Assembly (NCBI GenBank): GCA_030141605.1
Contig: JAQGDQ010001124.1
Span: 35,856 to 60,907, forward strand
Length of the DNA: 25,052 bases
From: Tubiluchus corallicola
Lineage: Eukaryota; Animalia; Priapulida
Direction of reading: 5' to 3'
The notes beneath the pieces are model-generated. The model saw only the letters and a list, made by a program, of their open reading frames with translations, was not told the DNA's origin and ran no database searches. Positions 22,823-25,052 of this stretch are shown here, one piece after another. Numbering within the stretch: position 1 is the first letter of the stretch; each line of letters opens with the position of its first letter. A program made the translations under genes and the position numbers.

Positions 22823-23285
22823 CAGGGCCGGAATTTACTAAAATATTCGTAAGAAAGTTCGCACGAAATTATTTAAGAAGTTTGTACGAACTTTTGTAAG
22901 TTGGATTCAAAAAAATTTTGTATGAAGTTCTTAGCTATTTTGTTCGTATGAACATTTTACACTGCTAAAATTCAGCCATGGCCAAAATCTTCAAAGCACA
23001 AGAGGAGTTTGTTGACTTTGGTCCTGCTTTTGATGTGTAGTTGTAGCACAATAGTACAAAATGACACTCTCTTGACTCTTTTGTCAGCCGATACTAACTT
23101 TGATGAACTGGTTCTTATCATTTAGTATTACAAACACAGCTATAAATACTGTCTCAGAGACTGTGAACACATATTATAAACATTAGGAGTAGGTTACTTA
23201 GTACTAGATGCATCATTCTCTTGCTGTCTTGCAAGAAAACATCTCTAGATTTTCCTTATTAAGTGTACTGGAGGGGGAGGGGAAG

Positions 23286-23484
<199 letters not shown>

Positions 23485-23860
23485 GGGAAGGGAGAGTCAG
23501 AGATAGAAAGAGGGACTGGTATGGAGTTATAAATTTTAGTCTGATCTATTTAGCATTTGTTTTTATAAAAAACAAAAAATTAAAGTTTGACCAAATTTTT
23601 GTTGCATCATAACATAATTTTAACTGTGTCAACTTATGAACGGTTTGGTTTGCAAGCATGTAAATCCATTTTGATCATAAAGGTCAGTATAGCTCTTTTG
23701 GTTGAACTTATAAGCCAAAGATCTGTGTGATCGAATCTAGACTTGATTTCATGTTTTTTCAGTCATTTAAGGTTTTTAGATTTAATGATGCAAGATTTCT
23801 CCTATTGCCTTTATTGACAGCTGAGAATTTAAGTAACCTTTGATCACATTTTATTTGTAG

Positions 23861-23986
23861 ACATAAATGAATGCAGGCAGAACAATCCGTGCGATGAGAG
23901 AACCACGACGTGTGAGAACACGCCCGGAAGTTTTGAATGTTCTTGCAAAGTTGGATACAGAGAAAATGACGGAACTTCCTGTTCTG
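23861..23986 (+). CDS. cbEGF-repeat gene, exon E6
   Basis: tttgtAG|AC...G|GTAATA; 126 nt, phase 1-1; DINECRQNNPCDERTTTCENTPGSFECSCKVGYRENDGTSCS. The gene continues beyond the window. Confidence 0.93.
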
Positions 23987-24344
23987 GTAATAATCTTAAG
24001 AATTTTTTCCGTGTGCAAAATTTAAAGGAAAAGTCAAGTTATTTAAAGGAAGAACCAAGCCTCGAACAACATTTATTGCTTTTTAATATACAATTAAATA
24101 TATTGACATCGCCACACAATATATGCGCATAGAACGCTTTTTTATCTCCGGCCAAATGAACACTGCTGTCGGCATATTTGAAAAAAATGACGTAAGCTGG
24201 TGTCTGTTGGGCAGCGTGAATGCCGTGAAGGCAAGCTGTGATGAAGGTACGCGTTGAGAAATTTCTACAGTTCACTCAGAAGTTCAGTTATTCTAGCATT
24301 GTATTTAACTGTGTTTATGTAAAAATTAGTCATATGATCAATTA

Positions 24345-24820
24345 TTTTTCTTCTTCTTCCCAGCTTTTCCCTATGCGGGGTCGCCATTGTGAATGAGTCT
24401 TCTCCACGCATTCCTGTTGTTGACTATCTCTTCATTTATGTCTTCCCTTCCCACATGATTTTCACCGACGCTTCTTTTCAGATGTCCATACCATCGCAAT
24501 CTTGCGAGGCTTCCACTACTTTTACTGTTCCTCTGATATTATTATTTCTAATTTTATCTCTTCTTGTTATTCCCACCATCCATCTCAACATCTTCATCTC
24601 CACCATACCCATTTTCTTCTCTTCGGTCTTCTTTAGAGAAGCTGCTTCCAGCCGATAGATTAGAGCGGGTCTGACCACTTCTTTGTGGACTTTCCCTTTA
24701 AGTCTCACCGACTCATTCATAGAAGGTTTTCGCGCAGTTTTTACAGGTGGATGCCCTTCCTGACCCTAACCCTCCGTATTTATCCGGGCTTGGGACCGGC
24801 ACTGAGTTGGGCTGGCTTGC
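24345..24820 (-). mobile_element. Short bipartite non-autonomous RTE-clade retroelement (5' UTR fused to 3' end)
   Basis: RTE-type 5' UTR (GCCGGTCCCAAGCCCGG...GTCAGGAAGGGCATCC) joined directly to the RTE C-terminal peptide LKGKVHKEVVRPALIY...EMKMLRWMVGITRRDKIRNNNIR, then GCGACCCC and a (GAA)n tail. Confidence 0.82.
24770..24800 (-). ncRNA. Twister ribozyme core (apparently 5'-truncated)
   Basis: Minus strand GCCGGUCCCAAGCCCGGAUAAAUACGGAGGG matches, from recall, the type-P1 twister consensus GCCGGUCCCAAGCCCGGAUAAA...GAGGG. The upstream UAA cleavage-site strand is not recognisable. Confidence 0.7.
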
Positions 24821-25052
24821 GAGATTTTTGTTGACTTTTAGATACACATGTAAACTTGCGTGCATATAGTAGGTACATGGTGGGTTATGTAGTTTATAGA
24901 GCTGAAGTTTATAGTGCTGAAGCACTTGGCAGAATAACTGTTTATATTGCACGGTAACCAGATGACGCCATTTTTCACCAAAATGAGCTCGCCCAAGCGT
25001 GGAGTGATGGCGATTTTAAATTGAAATTATTAATTACACGAGGCCCTTATCA

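Noticed and set aside
22824-22960. PIF/Harbinger-like MITE end; also a TTAAAGG start at ~24043
   Set aside because: Only one terminus is recognisable in each case, so the boundaries cannot be supported.

Overview
AT-rich, intron-containing animal (probably invertebrate) genomic DNA, not prokaryotic; most ORFs in the supplied track are artefacts or exon read-through. It holds two spliced genes pointing away from each other. On the minus strand, four phase-1 exons (8566->3938) splice into 308 open codons encoding three Ig-superfamily domains (nectin/CADM/nephrin-like layout). On the plus strand, six phase-1 exons (12348->23986) splice into 226 open codons of calcium-binding EGF modules, two of which have only four cysteines. 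Neither gene's first exon is visible, and the 3.8 kb between them is almost all LINE-derived, which suggests nested or interleaved genes or an inversion. The introns carry CR1/L2-like and RTE-like LINE remnants, TTAA-flanked Kolobok-like and piggyBac-like MITEs, a TA-flanked Tc1/mariner-type MITE, a tRNA-derived SINE, 59-bp and 20-bp minisatellites, and a 6x131-bp array that copies an exon 3' half plus its splice donor. A short bipartite RTE element carries the core of a twister ribozyme. All calls were made by eye; family names are not database-verified.
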